A stretch of 63,822 nt of DNA, counting the filler. It is 3 parts of 3 records of this genome, joined end to end, with 100 filler letters (N's around TTAATTAATTAA, not from the genome) between each part and the next. Parts side by side here need not be neighbours in the genome. Positions count along the whole stretch, not along the records: positions 25,965 to 56,139 come from SRR20825019_1922; 2 more parts are not named here. One strand, written 5' to 3'. The notes under the pieces were generated by a model that saw nothing but the letters and a program-made list of their open reading frames with translations, ran no database searches and was not told the origin of the DNA. Positions 25,965-38,609 of the stretch are shown piece by piece; the first letter of the stretch is position 1; each line of letters begins with the position of its first letter. Both the position numbers and the translations under genes were made by a program.

Positions 25965-28840
25965 CCCCCCCCCCCCCCCCCCCCCCCTCCGCACCCGGTC
26001 TCAGTAAGCTCACCGTGCCTGTCCTTCCACCCCACAGAGCTGCGGAAAGCAGAGCCAATACAAGCACCAAATTGAAAACGAAATTAGGGACCGCATCAAG
26101 GAGCTGGAGATTCTTGACAATATTCAGAAACGCGACGCCATCCCAGCTCTGCGTGCCGAAGTCTCTGGCGATGTGGGCGTCGGTAAAGAAAATTCCGAGG
26201 CATGAAAATTTTCGGCGGAATCCCAGGGGGAGCCGGGGCGCCAGTGCAAAACACTACCCTGCCAAAGCAAACCGTTGAATCTGGAGGATAATTTCATCGG
26301 CAAGTCAGGTATTGCAGGTGTTCTTTTAGTCACTGGACTTGCGTACGTGCACCATGTGGACGTTCCCAAAGACTTCGTTGAAATTTTCCGACGGGCCGGC
26401 AACTTCTTTAAGGTCACCTTCCATCTGCATGCCAACGAGTCAGCCCCCACTCCAAAAAGAGAGACTGAAACGGTATAAAAATATGACAGGATGCTCACCA
26501 CATTCAACTTCTCGTCGTTTGTCAAGGTCATGTCGCCGCAGTGGCTCGAATCGATCTGGCTCCGGAGACTGCTCTGGATGTCACTAACCCGCGTACCATC
26601 CGAGACCTTCTCCCACAAGACACATTGAGTGGTCTGGCCCTCGGTGATAACAAATGGACGCTTCCCCTTGATATCTCCGTCGCACGAGCACAGCCTCCTG
26701 TCGTGCTCAGCTGCGCTCTTGCATTCAAAGTAGTCTTCCGCAACTTCTGTCATCTCCGCGAAGGGGTCGTCGTCGTCGCCGTCATCAGAATACTGCACTT
26801 GGTTAGCAAGACTCTCCATTCCCCACGACGCCGGCACCTACATCCTCCATGCACCAACAGCACTTGCCGCTCAACACGCACGCATTGCCCTCGCGGAAAT
26901 GCGAGCAAGACTCCTCAATAGCGCGGGCGGCCTCCCTCACATGCTCCTCCGCCTTTTCATCCTCCCAGATGACCGCCTCGAGGTCATCTCCCAAATCGTT
27001 AACCCAGCCCTGGGGCTCGTCATCCTTCACCGTCGTCATGACTTTTTTACTCCGCGAGCCTGCCAAGCAAGGAGTTAGCCATCCGGTGGTTCGGGAGCAC
27101 ACCGCAACAACCAACGTACCCAGCTGCAACTTGTACGGCCCGTCGATGGCGCAGGTGCTCTTGGCCAGCGCGTTTCTGATCGATGACACCAGGCTCATGC
27201 CCCCCTCCTCGACGACTGTTAGCGAGCACTGCGTGACCAACCTCAGGTCTGATAAGAACACACAATGTCAGCTTGTAGCGACACGAGCACGGGCACGCCC
27301 ACACACCATGTAGCTTCTTCACGAGCACCCGGACATTCTCGCGTTTCTTTGCGGTTGACTCGCCGCTTGCCTCCTCGTGTGCGACCTCGCGTGAGGATTG
27401 CACCTTCACAAACTGCAATGCATCAGAACCTCTATCATCAAGCGCCGCCGGCGTGCACAACCCACCCCAATCAGCTGCATGGCGAGCGTGTTGGCCCCGT
27501 CCACCTTGGTGAAGACCACCTTCTCAGCGACGCACTCTCCGGCGTTCTTCATCGCAATGCCTTCTCTCCCTGCGCAAGGATATGTCAGGAGGGCCCATCC
27601 CCACCACCACAACACAAGATGCGTACGCTCGGTGCCTCCAATCGTATCGCAGGGACATGCTACCGGCAGCTTCTTCACTTTTTGAAGGACCAAGTCCTTG
27701 GCAGCCGCGCATCCAGTCTTGCCGTCCATCGTGACCTTCACGGTGCAAATCTTATCCCCGTCCTCAGTGAACACGTCGACACTCTGCAAGCATCCAACTC
27801 AGGCACGCCCGGTCCACTTATGCTCGGGTCACTCACGACATCGCCGGCGGATTCATCCACCGCAGGAGCAGCCGCGGCGCTTGTTGCCGGCTCCAAGTCC
27901 TCATGGTTGCCCGACTCGTGTACCAGGCCTCCGTCCGACTCTCCATGGCTGACGTGCTGGGCAGCTGGGGAGTATTGCAAGTAATACTCATTCTCGCCAA
28001 GGCCAACGAGGACACCGCCACGCACGCGGTTCCTGTTGACAAAATCAGCGCAAGTCCACAGACATGACCCTCCCCACAACAAAAGCAGTACTTGTTGTTC
28101 ACGGGCTCAATTGAACCCATCGACACGTCCGGGCACGAGGAGCGGACCATGTCCTCAATCTCACTAAGGAGAAGAGCGGGCACAGTCTCCTCCTTGCCCT
28201 GGCACTGGGTCGTCTCGCCGCCTCCACTCTTCTTCAGGTAAAACTTGGCTATATCACAACAGTGAGCCCCCCATTGCCATATCACAGACCCCCTCCCCAC
28301 CCGTCACCTACGTGTGGATTTCGTCGCTGTCAAAGGTAGCTTCATCTTCTCTTCTATCCATTCTATCTGCTCCCTCAACTTGTCGCGGTTCAAGTCCACG
28401 GAACTGGAAAGATCGCGGGAAAGCTCGTTGATTTTCTCTTCCAGCTGACCAAGGTCGGCGGTCTCCCCTAACTCTTCGGAAGCCGGAGCGGTGGCTTCGG
28501 CTCCGTCCTTTTCAGCGTCAACTGGCTTGAGGGCCTCGTGCTTGGGCTCGACGCCCACCCCTCCCGATTCAGCTTTATCTCCGTCCTTTTCTGCTGCAAT
28601 AGGCTCGAGGACCTCGTGCTTCGGCTCGTTTACCACCCCTCCAGAGCCAGCTTCGTCTCCATCCTTCTCGGCCGGAACAACATCTCCCTTCTCTTTGGGA
28701 GTGCTGTCGGCTATCGACCTTTCTGTTCCAGTGCTGCCGCCCCTTGCTCTGGCAGTGTCTAACGACGTTGCAAGCGCCCCAGCACACAGCAGCCACACCA
28801 GCAGGACCACTCCCGTGGCCCTCGCCGCCGAACAGCGCAT
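25965..28840 (-). CDS. Multi-exon eukaryotic gene for a signal-peptide, membrane-anchored protein of unknown function (3' truncated)
   Basis: ATG 28840 MRCSAARATGVVLLVWLLCAGALA; minus-strand ORF pieces joined by short GT-AG introns; TM FVFNLVLVLALLSAALW near 26050. Exon limits approximate. Confidence 0.55.
28495..28675 (-). repeat. Coding tandem repeat, 26 aa (78 bp), about 2.3 copies
   Basis: AEKDGDEAGSGGVVNEPKHEVLEPIA / AEKDGDKAESGGVGVEPKHEALKPVD / AEKDG. Confidence 0.75.
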
Positions 28841-29204
28841 GGTTCCCTGATCAAACATCTGAGAATACCCACCACTTATCAATATGGTGGCCGTAGCAGT
28901 CGAGCCATCCGTCCCACCTCACGCAGACCAGCCCGTGGTCTCCATAGTCAGTGGTGTGTTCAAGAGTGTGTGACTGCGGTCGAGCCGCAGGGGTGCCGCG
29001 CGACGGCCCTAGCGCGAACGTGCGCCCAGAGCGGCCCGATTGTCATCAGTGCACAGACAGCCGGCAGCCGGCCGGCCGGGAGCCCCTGAGCTTGCTCGTG
29101 ACAGTCACTCTGCAAATGCTACACCGGGGGACAAGACGGCATCTCTAGATATAACGAATCATGTGGAATATCGGGTTCCGATTTGAACTTTAAATTAAAT
29201 ACGA

Positions 29205-31904
29205 TCAATGGAAGGGAGGTGGGCGGGGCTTGACGAGGCTCATGAGGTCAAGCGGCCGTTCATGGAGGTTCAGCGTACTGAGGTGGCCGTCGTAGACATT
29301 TTTGATATGGTAGAAGAACACCGCTATGGCCTGGAACAAGTTGTCCTTTCCCTGGACAGAAACATCACCTAAGTAGCACGTCGCACTCGCCCGTCCACCA
29401 CCCTTACCTGTTCAATCGCGAAGGTGTGTTGGTCCACAACTACCTCAAAGTGCGGGGGGTGCTGCTGTAGCTGGTAGAGCGCCACCCGTTCTCTGATCTT
29501 GCTCTTTTTCTCTGGTTTGCACAAGGAGAAGTTCTGTGTGAAAGGTCTGGCAAGGGCGGGTCAGAGCCAAGACATTCACGCAAGAAATTACGGTTGGTTG
29601 CGCACCTTTGTCCAGTGTCCGCGGCAGCCTGGATCGTATAATCAAAGAACGTGCAGAACACGTTGTACAAAATAAGACTATCCGACGGAAGGTCTGGCGA
29701 CCACTCCTTCAGGCTTCCACCTGCATTCACTCGTAAGCCAACGAGGCCGCTAACCCGCGCGCAACACCGCTACCATTGCCCTTGCGAATACCCCCCGAAT
29801 TCCACTTGTAGTCCTTGATGTATGCCGATGCGAGCTCTGCCGAGACGTGCGTCAGTGTCACTTCCCATGTGCCACGGCCATGGGCCAGCCTTACCTGTGA
29901 TACGATTCGAAACGTACTCCTTCATCTCCTTGGAAGCGTGAAACAGCGGGATCATCACGTAGGGCGCCTGCAACAACCGTTATAAAGGGGATTGATTCAC
30001 ATGGCGAATATCACACACCAGCTTGCAATTGGTCATGACTGCGTCGTTCATCTTGCTCGGACCGCCGGGGAAGGGGCTATTCGCGTGCACACTCTGGCCG
30101 GCAGCACCGAAGGCACCGAACATGGAGGCCGTCTGCTGCTTGGGTGGGGTGGGCCCCGTGCGGCTGTGGAGATCGAACGGATCCATCCCTGCACCAAGAC
30201 AACGTCATTCATTCACGAGAACTCCCTAGCAAAGACAGACACCGCACCAAGTTCCTTCATGGTGTGGATGTTCTCTGCAATTTTTTGCGCCAATGGAATC
30301 ACCAACGTTTCCGCAAACCACATCCTGTACAAAAAATGAGATTCCTCAGGGCTAGCAGGAGCCCCATGTGCACCAACCGGATATTTTCCGTCCATTGCTT
30401 CATAGAAACCTGAATGCCCAGTTCCTGCAGCCTCCTCTCGGCCTCGGCCGTGTTGGCATACCTGGAACGCGTGTTATCGCGACTGGTGCGGTCTTCGATG
30501 ATAGGATTACCCTAGTTCGTCCTGGACTCGTGTTGGATGGGACGGTGACTGCCGGGGAGAAACAGAAAGGCGGTAAGGTGTCTTCGCCCTGCGTGCAAGT
30601 TAGATGCAACCGTGGCCAGCGATCCACGCGGCTTTCTCACGTGTTCTGGCCTGTGCCGACGTGAGATGCCGGCGACATCGCCCCGCCACGCTGGGCCGAC
30701 CACGGCGTGCCGAAGAAACTGTCGGACCTCGTTGTACCGGACCCGGGCTGTGACGGAGTTTTCGGGGCGCTGGGGGCATAGGGGGAGTGGAGAGTCACTC
30801 CAGGAGACACTCCTGCTTTCTCCTGCTGGATCTCGGCCCTGAATTCGCACATGAGTGTCAGGCACAAGAGCCGCAACCCCGCGCGGCACAACGAACTTAC
30901 TTGTAATCCGCCAGCAATTTTTCGTCTTTATCAAGCTCGCTCCAGGAAGGGCTCACCGTCCCGACACTCAGGGGGCCGCGTGTCTTGATGGAAGAGCCAA
31001 AGAGAGACACTGTGCTGCGCTTATCCGTAGATGCCGGCGATGCGAACGATTGGTTGAGCTTGAGCGGGGGGGGGCTGGTGCCGTGTCAGCGCGACGCCCT
31101 TTCACAGACATCCGGGGGCATGTTACCTTTGATAGGTGCTTACCAGACCCGTACCAGCGGCATGATCAGATACTGGTGCCATTGGAGGCCTCCGTCTGTC
31201 GGAGCTCGCCCGGCTGCGGTCCTTCCTAGGCTCCCTGCCGGAGCGTCAATGGGCGAGGACACGAATCTAAACGCGCGGCTACATACGTGTTTGTTGGAGT
31301 GCCACTAACAGGGATGGTGGAGATGGCGCGGAGAGAAGGGGCCGTCATCTTTGTCAAGGGGTTCGCACTCGCTGCTAAACCCAGCAGGGATCGATGCTGG
31401 GGGGACTTCAGGGCAGCGGTAGACGCGTCCGCACCGCGAGACAAGAATGATCTGTGTGCACAATGCGCTGCTCAACATATGGCAACATAGTTACAACACA
31501 GCCCGGGACGCACCTGACGTATCCGAATGCGGACAGAGAGAAAAAGAACACAGAAAATGACTGCGACACCGTCGATACCGAAAAGTCGGCGCCCCTAGCC
31601 AAAGTGTGCATTAGAAACATGGACCAGCGCTTGGAAAAATAAACGGCCCGCCTACAGTTTCAAGAAGAGTTCATCCACAAACGAAGGTGTTGCCACCGAG
31701 GAGATAGACAGAAAAATGCCGAAAATCAAGCATTTCGTGCTGTTACAGGGCCCGTTAGCATGGTGAAAGGGAAAGGTTGGGAGAGTCATACGCCGATCTG
31801 AAGTGTTCTTGGCGTGAAGACACCGGAGGCGGTGTCCTCAAAGAGGTCACACTGGGGTGCTCGAACGACTCGTATTTGCTCCGTCGAACAACCCCGGTCG
31901 GCAT
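29205..31904 (-). CDS. TMEM209: TMEM209-like nuclear-envelope protein (multi-exon)
   Basis: N-terminal TM exons; RMWFAETLVIPL, YVSNRI.EL..YKWNSGG, WSPDLPSDSLILYNVFCTFFD; last exon GKDNLFQAIAVFFYHIK...LSTLNL. Start approximate. Confidence 0.75.
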
Positions 31905-32740
31905 GCCTCCTATTGCTGCGGCGCTTCGATAAAAGCTCTTTTAACCGAAAGCAGCGACATATATAGAAGCATACTTACGTTCTGACAGATGGCAGCGCGA
32001 GCAGACTGAGAGGGCCGGGCGGTTAGCGGCCAGCCTTTGCCGAGCATTGGCCCTCGCGCCGGCCGCCTGCGGCCGGCCGGGCCCCCGGCCGGCCCGCCGT
32101 CAGTGGCGTGACACCCGCGCCGGGCGGGGGCGGCCGGCGGGGCGCGCGTCCGCAGGCCGGTCACTCACAGGCGCCGGGCCGCTGTCGTTCCGTTCGGACC
32201 CCCGGTCCGTCACCGGGACTGACGTGGGCATACTGATAGTCACAATCCTTCAATTCAGTTCGGATGGCTTGAATTTCGCCCGCGCGCGGGCGGCATCTGA
32301 GGCGGGGGCCGGGCTCGGGGGGGCCCGGGCCGGGGCCCCGGCGGCGGGCCCCGGCCCGCGCACGCCGGGCGGCGCTGGCCGGCCCGCCGGGCTGGCAGGT
32401 CACATCCATGTTCCCGGCCGACGACCGGGCCTGGCCGCGAGGCGACCCGCCCGGCGACAGAGCAGCGTCCTAGGGCCGGGCCAACCGCCAACTGTGGGGG
32501 CTCGCATTGAGCTAGGCTAGGAGGATGTCGGATACGCCGCAGTCCCTCGCGCGGCGCCCGCGGGCGCGGCCCGGGGCGGTCCGCGCCGGGTGGGCCTGAC
32601 CAGCGACCCCGCGGGCGGGCGGCCCGCCCGCCCCGGGCCAGGCCGAACCTGAACTCACGCCGGTCGCCGGCGGGTCGCCACTTGGTGCTACGTTTTAATA
32701 CATCACCAAGATCAACAGATACAGTTGTGTCGGCGCAGTC

Positions 32741-33027
32741 ATGCTATTCAGTCCAAACCCCTGGAAGCGGCTTGGAGGTTCCGCGCTCTTGTTCTTTGGT
32801 GTGGGTGCGGGAATCGAAGCCTTTATGAATGTCACTGGATTTTGTATGTAATGTTCTGGTACCTTTGCAGTTCGTGTGCTGATTTTGCTGGAATAGATAA
32901 TATTGTGGTTGACAAGGAAGCAGAGAGGCTGGCTGAGCGTCGCCAACATGAATGGGAGATTGACCAGAAGTACAAGCGTCGAGTGAAAGAAATCGAGGCA
33001 GAGCGCCATAGCCAGAACAGTTCATAA
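32741..33027 (+). CDS. SMIM4/UPF0640-like small membrane protein (2 exons)
   Basis: Splicing intron 32844-32896 gives MLFSPNPWKRLGGSALLFFGVGAGIEAFMNVTGFYNIVVDKEAERL... Confidence 0.65.
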
Positions 33028-34580
33028 TGGCTCGTGGGTGTTTCCTAGGTCCAGCCGTGGCCTGGTGCTTGCAACACCTCCTCCATCGAAGACCTTCATA
33101 CAATGGCCCGTGTCCGGGTGTGTCATCCATGCATGGTTGCCTTATATATTTGAAGTTTATTTCCTTAATTACTTTTTTCCAAATATTGCATTCGTTTACT
33201 TGTGCTCCGATTGACGCACATATCCGTGTTTTCAAGTCCTACCAGGCACAGGCAGTGATCTCTCTGATCGGACTGGCGGGCCGGCAGCCGAGCTTTGCTA
33301 GCCACGGCCCATTGTATGCCCCGGGCATGACGACGGGTCGCGGTTCCGTCAGTGTATCACACGTCTGGCTTCAAGGCTGAGGGAGGTTTTGTCATTTCTG
33401 GTGATATTCCCTGAGGTGAAGTATGCGTTTTGTTGACGCGGGGTATCACTAGAAATGTTCAGTCGAATAGTAGCTCCGAAGCGGGCCAAGCCTATACAGA
33501 ACACTTGTTGTCCACGGTTGTCCGACGCATGTCATCTTCATGATGTCTGGGTTGTCCCAGCTGACCTCCTGGGCTCGGGGAACGAGGGCCCCTTCGTTGA
33601 CCTAATGTAGGGGTATTGGAGTCGTGACTCTGGAATCGGTTCATACCTCAGAAGTCCTTCTTCGTACTCATCCACTTTGCTACCACCCTGGTGATTATGT
33701 TGAACAGCGTCTTGAACGCATCTTCGGTGTCAACTTCATGCTTCCCTAACAATCTCTGCTCAGCTGGTGGGATACCGCTCCGGCAGCTGACAGCATCGTT
33801 CAAGACGTATTCCTTGACCGCGTAGGAATAATTGACCGCAGATATTGCCCCGCAGCGTCCTTGCTCGAAGATATGAGTTCTACTACACTCATATATTGAA
33901 GTGGAGAGCAGCGGTAGCCGGCGTGGAGGTGTCGGATAAAACGCCAAAGGATGGCTGAACAAAACTGACTAAACACAATGTCGGCTGCATTAAAGTGGCC
34001 TTTTATCGGAATATAGGAATCCCTCTTTTTAAATTAGATTGAGATATTTCGTAATATCGGGCTGGCTGCCTACACAACCTTGAGCTGCTTCACTTGCGCT
34101 GCCGCGCCCCGTGGCGGGGTCGGGCGGCCGCGGGTCGTCCGGTCGGCCGAGTGTGCCCTTCATTGTTGACCCCCGCCCGGCCCCGGTGGCCGCCTACTGC
34201 GTCTCTCAGTCTGAGTCTCCTCGGGGCCCCGAGCCGGCTGCCGCGACGCTGCCGCGTCCCATGGTTCCGATGCTGATCACCGTTTTCTGGTAATGCCAAT
34301 AGGGTTAGGCCCGAGCCATCCCCCGGCTCGTGTGTATGGTCGGCGCAGTTCTAATCTGTTGCCGGTGTCGAGGCAATTGGTGCATCTTCCAGACCTCAGA
34401 AAAGCGGTCGCACAAGAAAGGAACAACAAAATATAAAACAGGAGCCCATAGTCAAATCAGTGGTGGTGCAGTCTACTAGATTGGTGAAATACCGCGAGGA
34501 ACAAACCGAATCAGAGAGGGGCTACGAACAGTTGGGCTTTATTGTTGCTGTACAATTTTTTTTGAAGGTTGAGGAGTGCC

Positions 34581-35669
34581 ATGGCCTTCACTGCAGCTCA
34601 CATGAAGCTCCTGACGCTGTGTTTGCTGGTCTTTGTCACTCTTGCGAGTGCATCATATCAGGAAGAGCGGTTGTTGAGCGGATCGTTGAGGTATTCTCGC
34701 GCGAGAACTCCAGAATTTGGGGAGGGCCAAAGTGGAACCGGGAGTAACAGTTCTACGCCAGCCAGCCCCACCACCGGGGCAGCAGCCAGCACAAATCAGC
34801 CTCCGAAACCATTTGACGAGGCTCCAACTGGAACACAGGACGAAGTGTTGGCAGGCGAAGACTGGGATGGTAATCGCACTGTAGCGGAGAGCATTGAGCA
34901 AGGTGAAATGGTTTATAGGTCCGTACCCGGGGGAAATGCGATGCCGGACCCTCCTGCCGACTACTATGATGATGGGGATACCGAGATAGAGACCAAAGTC
35001 AAGGCGGGTGTGGCGAATACGACGGTTTCAGATGAGGACGAAGAACATTTGGGTCATATAGTGAAGAAGGGCGCGGAAGACTTTTACCACAAAGGCTTGA
35101 AGCCCGCAGGGCACTGGGCGTTCCACGATGTCCTGAAGCCCGTGGGCAAAGGGTTAGGGACGGCCGGCAAGAACACATACGAGGATGTTCTGAAGCCGGC
35201 GGGGGAATGGACCCACAAAAAGGTCATCAAACCGTCATACGACCACGCCATCAAGCCGGCCGGTGAGTGGACCCATAAGGAGGTTATCAATCCTATTGGG
35301 AAGGCCTTTGGCTTTGACGAAAGTGTGAATCCGAGCATGAATATGTACGGTTACGGGGACGGATCCTCTTATCAGTTTGCAGATTATGGAGACTCGGTTC
35401 CTGGTTACAATGGGGGGGTGCAGGCAAGCATGGGCTTCCCACAAGCGGAGGCTGTGCAACCATACCTGAATGAGAACGCCGGCGTGCCCACCTCGAATGA
35501 GTATCCCAAGACGTTTACCCCTTCCTTTGGTATCGGGCCGTCCGCCCTCGATCAATCACAAGATCAGCAAATGTCGCATCCCGAATATGACATGGGGTTG
35601 ATGGAAGAATCGCAGCCGGAGGCGGCCATAATGCCATCTGAAAACTTCCAACCGTTGTATCCGTACTAA
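34581..35669 (+). CDS. Secreted protein of unknown function with KPAG(E/H)W repeats
   Basis: Signal peptide MKLLTLCLLVFVTLASA; intronless ORF; KPAGHWAFHDVL/KPAGEWTHKKVI/KPAGEWTHKEVI. Confidence 0.7.
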   Translation: MAFTAAHMKLLTLCLLVFVTLASASYQEERLLSGSLRYSRARTPEFGEGQSGTGSNSSTPASPTTGAAASTNQPPKPFDEAPTGTQDEVLAGEDWDGNRTVAESIEQGEMVYRSVPGGNAMPDPPADYYDDGDTEIETKVKAGVANTTVSDEDEEHLGHIVKKGAEDFYHKGLKPAGHWAFHDVLKPVGKGLGTAGKNTYEDVLKPAGEWTHKKVIKPSYDHAIKPAGEWTHKEVINPIGKAFGFDESVNPSMNMYGYGDGSSYQFADYGDSVPGYNGGVQASMGFPQAEAVQPYLNENAGVPTSNEYPKTFTPSFGIGPSALDQSQDQQMSHPEYDMGLMEESQPEAAIMPSENFQPLYPY

Positions 35670-35909
35670 TGTTTATGAGTAAAAGATGCGCGTCGTTTCT
35701 CACTGCATATCCAGCGCCAATCATGAGACATTGGTTGGTTGATGATTGGGTTTGCGCCAACTTGCCACGGCGGTGGGTTCCCATGTGCAATGCGCAACAG
35801 AACCGCGTGAACTCACAGGAGATGCGACAACGAAAGACACACGGACTTCCGCTTGGGCCGCCCCCCCCCAGCCTTCCGAACAGCGTCTGCTGGGTTTCTC
35901 GCTAGCTAT

Positions 35910-37623
35910 TCATTTGTCTTTCTTGAATGCATTCATGATCGTGGTCACCGTTCCCAGAGTTCCGATGGCTATCCCAACAACCATAAACACCACCATTAGG
36001 ACGCGGTGTATCCAGGACTTGCTCAGCGACGTTCGCCAGCCCATGAGAATAGGATACACAAACACAATCCCAACGGCCTGCATCGGTGGCAAATGCCGTG
36101 TCAGCGTGGGGTCTTTACGCACGGCACACGCCTTCCGCACTCACCGCGGTAGATCCAACAATTCCAAATACAGTGTCGATCTTGAGGCCCGATAGAGCAA
36201 GTCCCAGGACCAGCACCCAGAGGCATATTACTTGCAGTGGCATGTACCACGACGGCTCGGATTTCACACATCCGAGGAGGTAGGATTTCAGGATGGAGCG
36301 CGCGGGCCACATTTGAATGGGGAAGGCGGTCAAGCCAACAATCTGTGCCAGAAACGAGTTAATACACCGAGAAACTATGGCAGCAAAAAAGAAGATAGGA
36401 TTCCTACCGCAATAGCAATTCTCCCTAATTGAGCCTGCAATGGCACAGACTTCGGGTCGACGCCAAATCCGACCAACACATCTCTTTCCGTGTTTTCACC
36501 AAAGAGGACATAACCGGCCGTTCCCATAGGGATGTACAATCCCAGTGCCATTGCAAACGTGCTCATAAGCACCATGTGCATCTTCTTCATGGTACGATCC
36601 TTCAACGACCCATAAATGGCTAAACAAACTAGCTAAGCACTGTTCATCGCGCCATCAAATCAAAGTTACTCACCAATCGACTGTGTGTGGCATCCCAGAG
36701 CATAGCAGCATATGGGAACGCACAAAAACGCTTCAGGGCTGAGGTTGACCCACCCTCTTGTTTCATTCAATACTGAGTTTCTCCAGCTATCCTTGAGGAA
36801 GCTTTCCACGATCACAACACACACAATATAGCACACTGCCAGTATGGAAGCAACGCTTGACCAAGCAAGATATTGAATTCTGCCCCGAATATAAGTTGAA
36901 AAGGCACCAACTGGAATGCAGGAATACTATACCTCTGAAGAAGTGAAAGAGGCAACGCAACAAAAAATGCAGGCGCGGATATTACAAAACGCCTGTCAGT
37001 GTACCAGTGAATTCCAAACCAAGTCTGGAGCATCGATGTTGCATTATCACCGATCAGAACAAGATACCCTGTCGTGGCACCTGAAATAAAATATGAGAAG
37101 CTAAGCAGTACTTTAGTTCTGGCCTCGACATACCGACAACAGCCAACAGGATGGTCCACTTTAGGACGTGGGATGCAATCGGCCCCAGCACAACCTCTAC
37201 CGTCTCCTCGAAGTTTCTTGCGTTCTTATATTCATGCGCCGTCTTGACCAATAAAAACACAGTGTAATACAACAAAGCCGCAACGCTCTGCACAGAAATC
37301 GTTGTCAACACGCTAGATTCCCAGAGAAGCCAGTGATTTTCTGACCAAGGTAACTCCCAAGCTAACTCCTAGCCCTGCCTTCATATAAGCATATGGAAAT
37401 GCCTTTTCAGGACGCAAAGTGTTATTGATAGCGAAAACAGTAATCGAAGTTTGCCTACCAACACACCGGAGCCAATAGCCGCGTTGGCGAGAGTGAACGA
37501 AGCAGCCAGCACAGAGCTTCCTCCCTCCCCTTCAACAACGCCGACATCATCATTGGCTTCCTCACCAGCCGGCAACAGAGGCTCGGACGCTATAGGGTCC
37601 ACAAGCCTATCTGAGTCGTCCAT
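35910..37623 (-). CDS. Amino acid transporter, SLC38/AVT (Aa_trans) family (multi-exon)
   Basis: SSVLAASFTLANAAIGSGVL, GYLVLIGD, GYVLFG, FGIVGSTA, many TMs; N-terminal EPLL dileucine-like signal. Confidence 0.85.
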
Positions 37624-38609
37624 GGCAGCCCTCTCTCACTTGCAAATCCATTTATCATCAATTCTATGTTTACACTTCATACTATTTTGCTCATGAGGAG
37701 CGTCGGCCAGCGCGCTGATGTGTGACCTGGCGGCAGACAAGCTCGGCCGCACCCCGATGCATCATTTCACCACTGTCTGCTGGTGGCCGGGTTGGCGGTC
37801 GGGGCCTTGGTGCGTAAGGTAGGGCTGCGCGTGCCATGCCCGGGCCAGTGGCGTTCGATCGAGCAGGGTACTGAAGTCCCGGCCCCGGCTAAAAGTGGGT
37901 GGGGGGCCCGGAGTGCACGCACGGGCCGCTCCGGCGCCCGCCAGGCCCGTGACTGAGCGCAGCCCGGCCTGGCCCGGCCGGCGCTGTCGGCTGTCAGTCG
38001 GTCAGGTCCCCCCGTCCGGCCGGGCCCCCGGCCCCGCGGAGTTGCGCCGCGCCCGGCGCGGCGGTTGTGGAGCGGCCGGCAGTCTCACGGATACCCACTG
38101 ACCCGTGGTCTGGTCGCCGCGATGACCCACCCCGTGACCCACCCGGAGTGACCGTGCGGCGCCGGGTCCGTCCGGTCAGTCCAAGTCGTCGGCTCAGTCA
38201 AATCAATTGACACAAATTCGAACCGACCGTGGCGCGGTCAGGGTATTCACAGGTAGTACACACTGACGCCCGCCATGGCTTGGCATGCGGCCATCATTGA
38301 GTCGGTGCCGGTGGCTGCATTCGTGTTGACGAAACGTTGCGTCCGGGGCCCTCCTCGTGGACGTCCCAGAAGGCCGTTTGGTCACGGCCGATGATGCCAT
38401 GGGGGATCATGCGGGCGTGGCCTGTCATCACTCATTCGTCGGCCGTCGACCCCTCGTCGGCGAATCGAGCCATTGGGCGCCAGGCCGGGTTCTGCAACAT
38501 CCCTGATGAGCCGGCGTTCTCTACCAAGAGCTTCTTATCGACAGGAGCTTGTGTGCTTATTTAGCTGTGTGCCTTGCATACCAGGGGTAGTGTGAGCACC
38601 CTTTACAAC

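Noticed and set aside
25865-25987. Bacterium-to-eukaryote HGT junction; poly-C tract
   Set aside because: The junction is a synthetic spacer, and poly-C at a contig end is probably an assembly or sequencing artefact.
33648-33962. Ubiquitin-like fragment (SGIPPAEQRLL) on the minus strand
   Set aside because: The similarity is short, with no clear start or splice model; unsupported as a gene or pseudogene.
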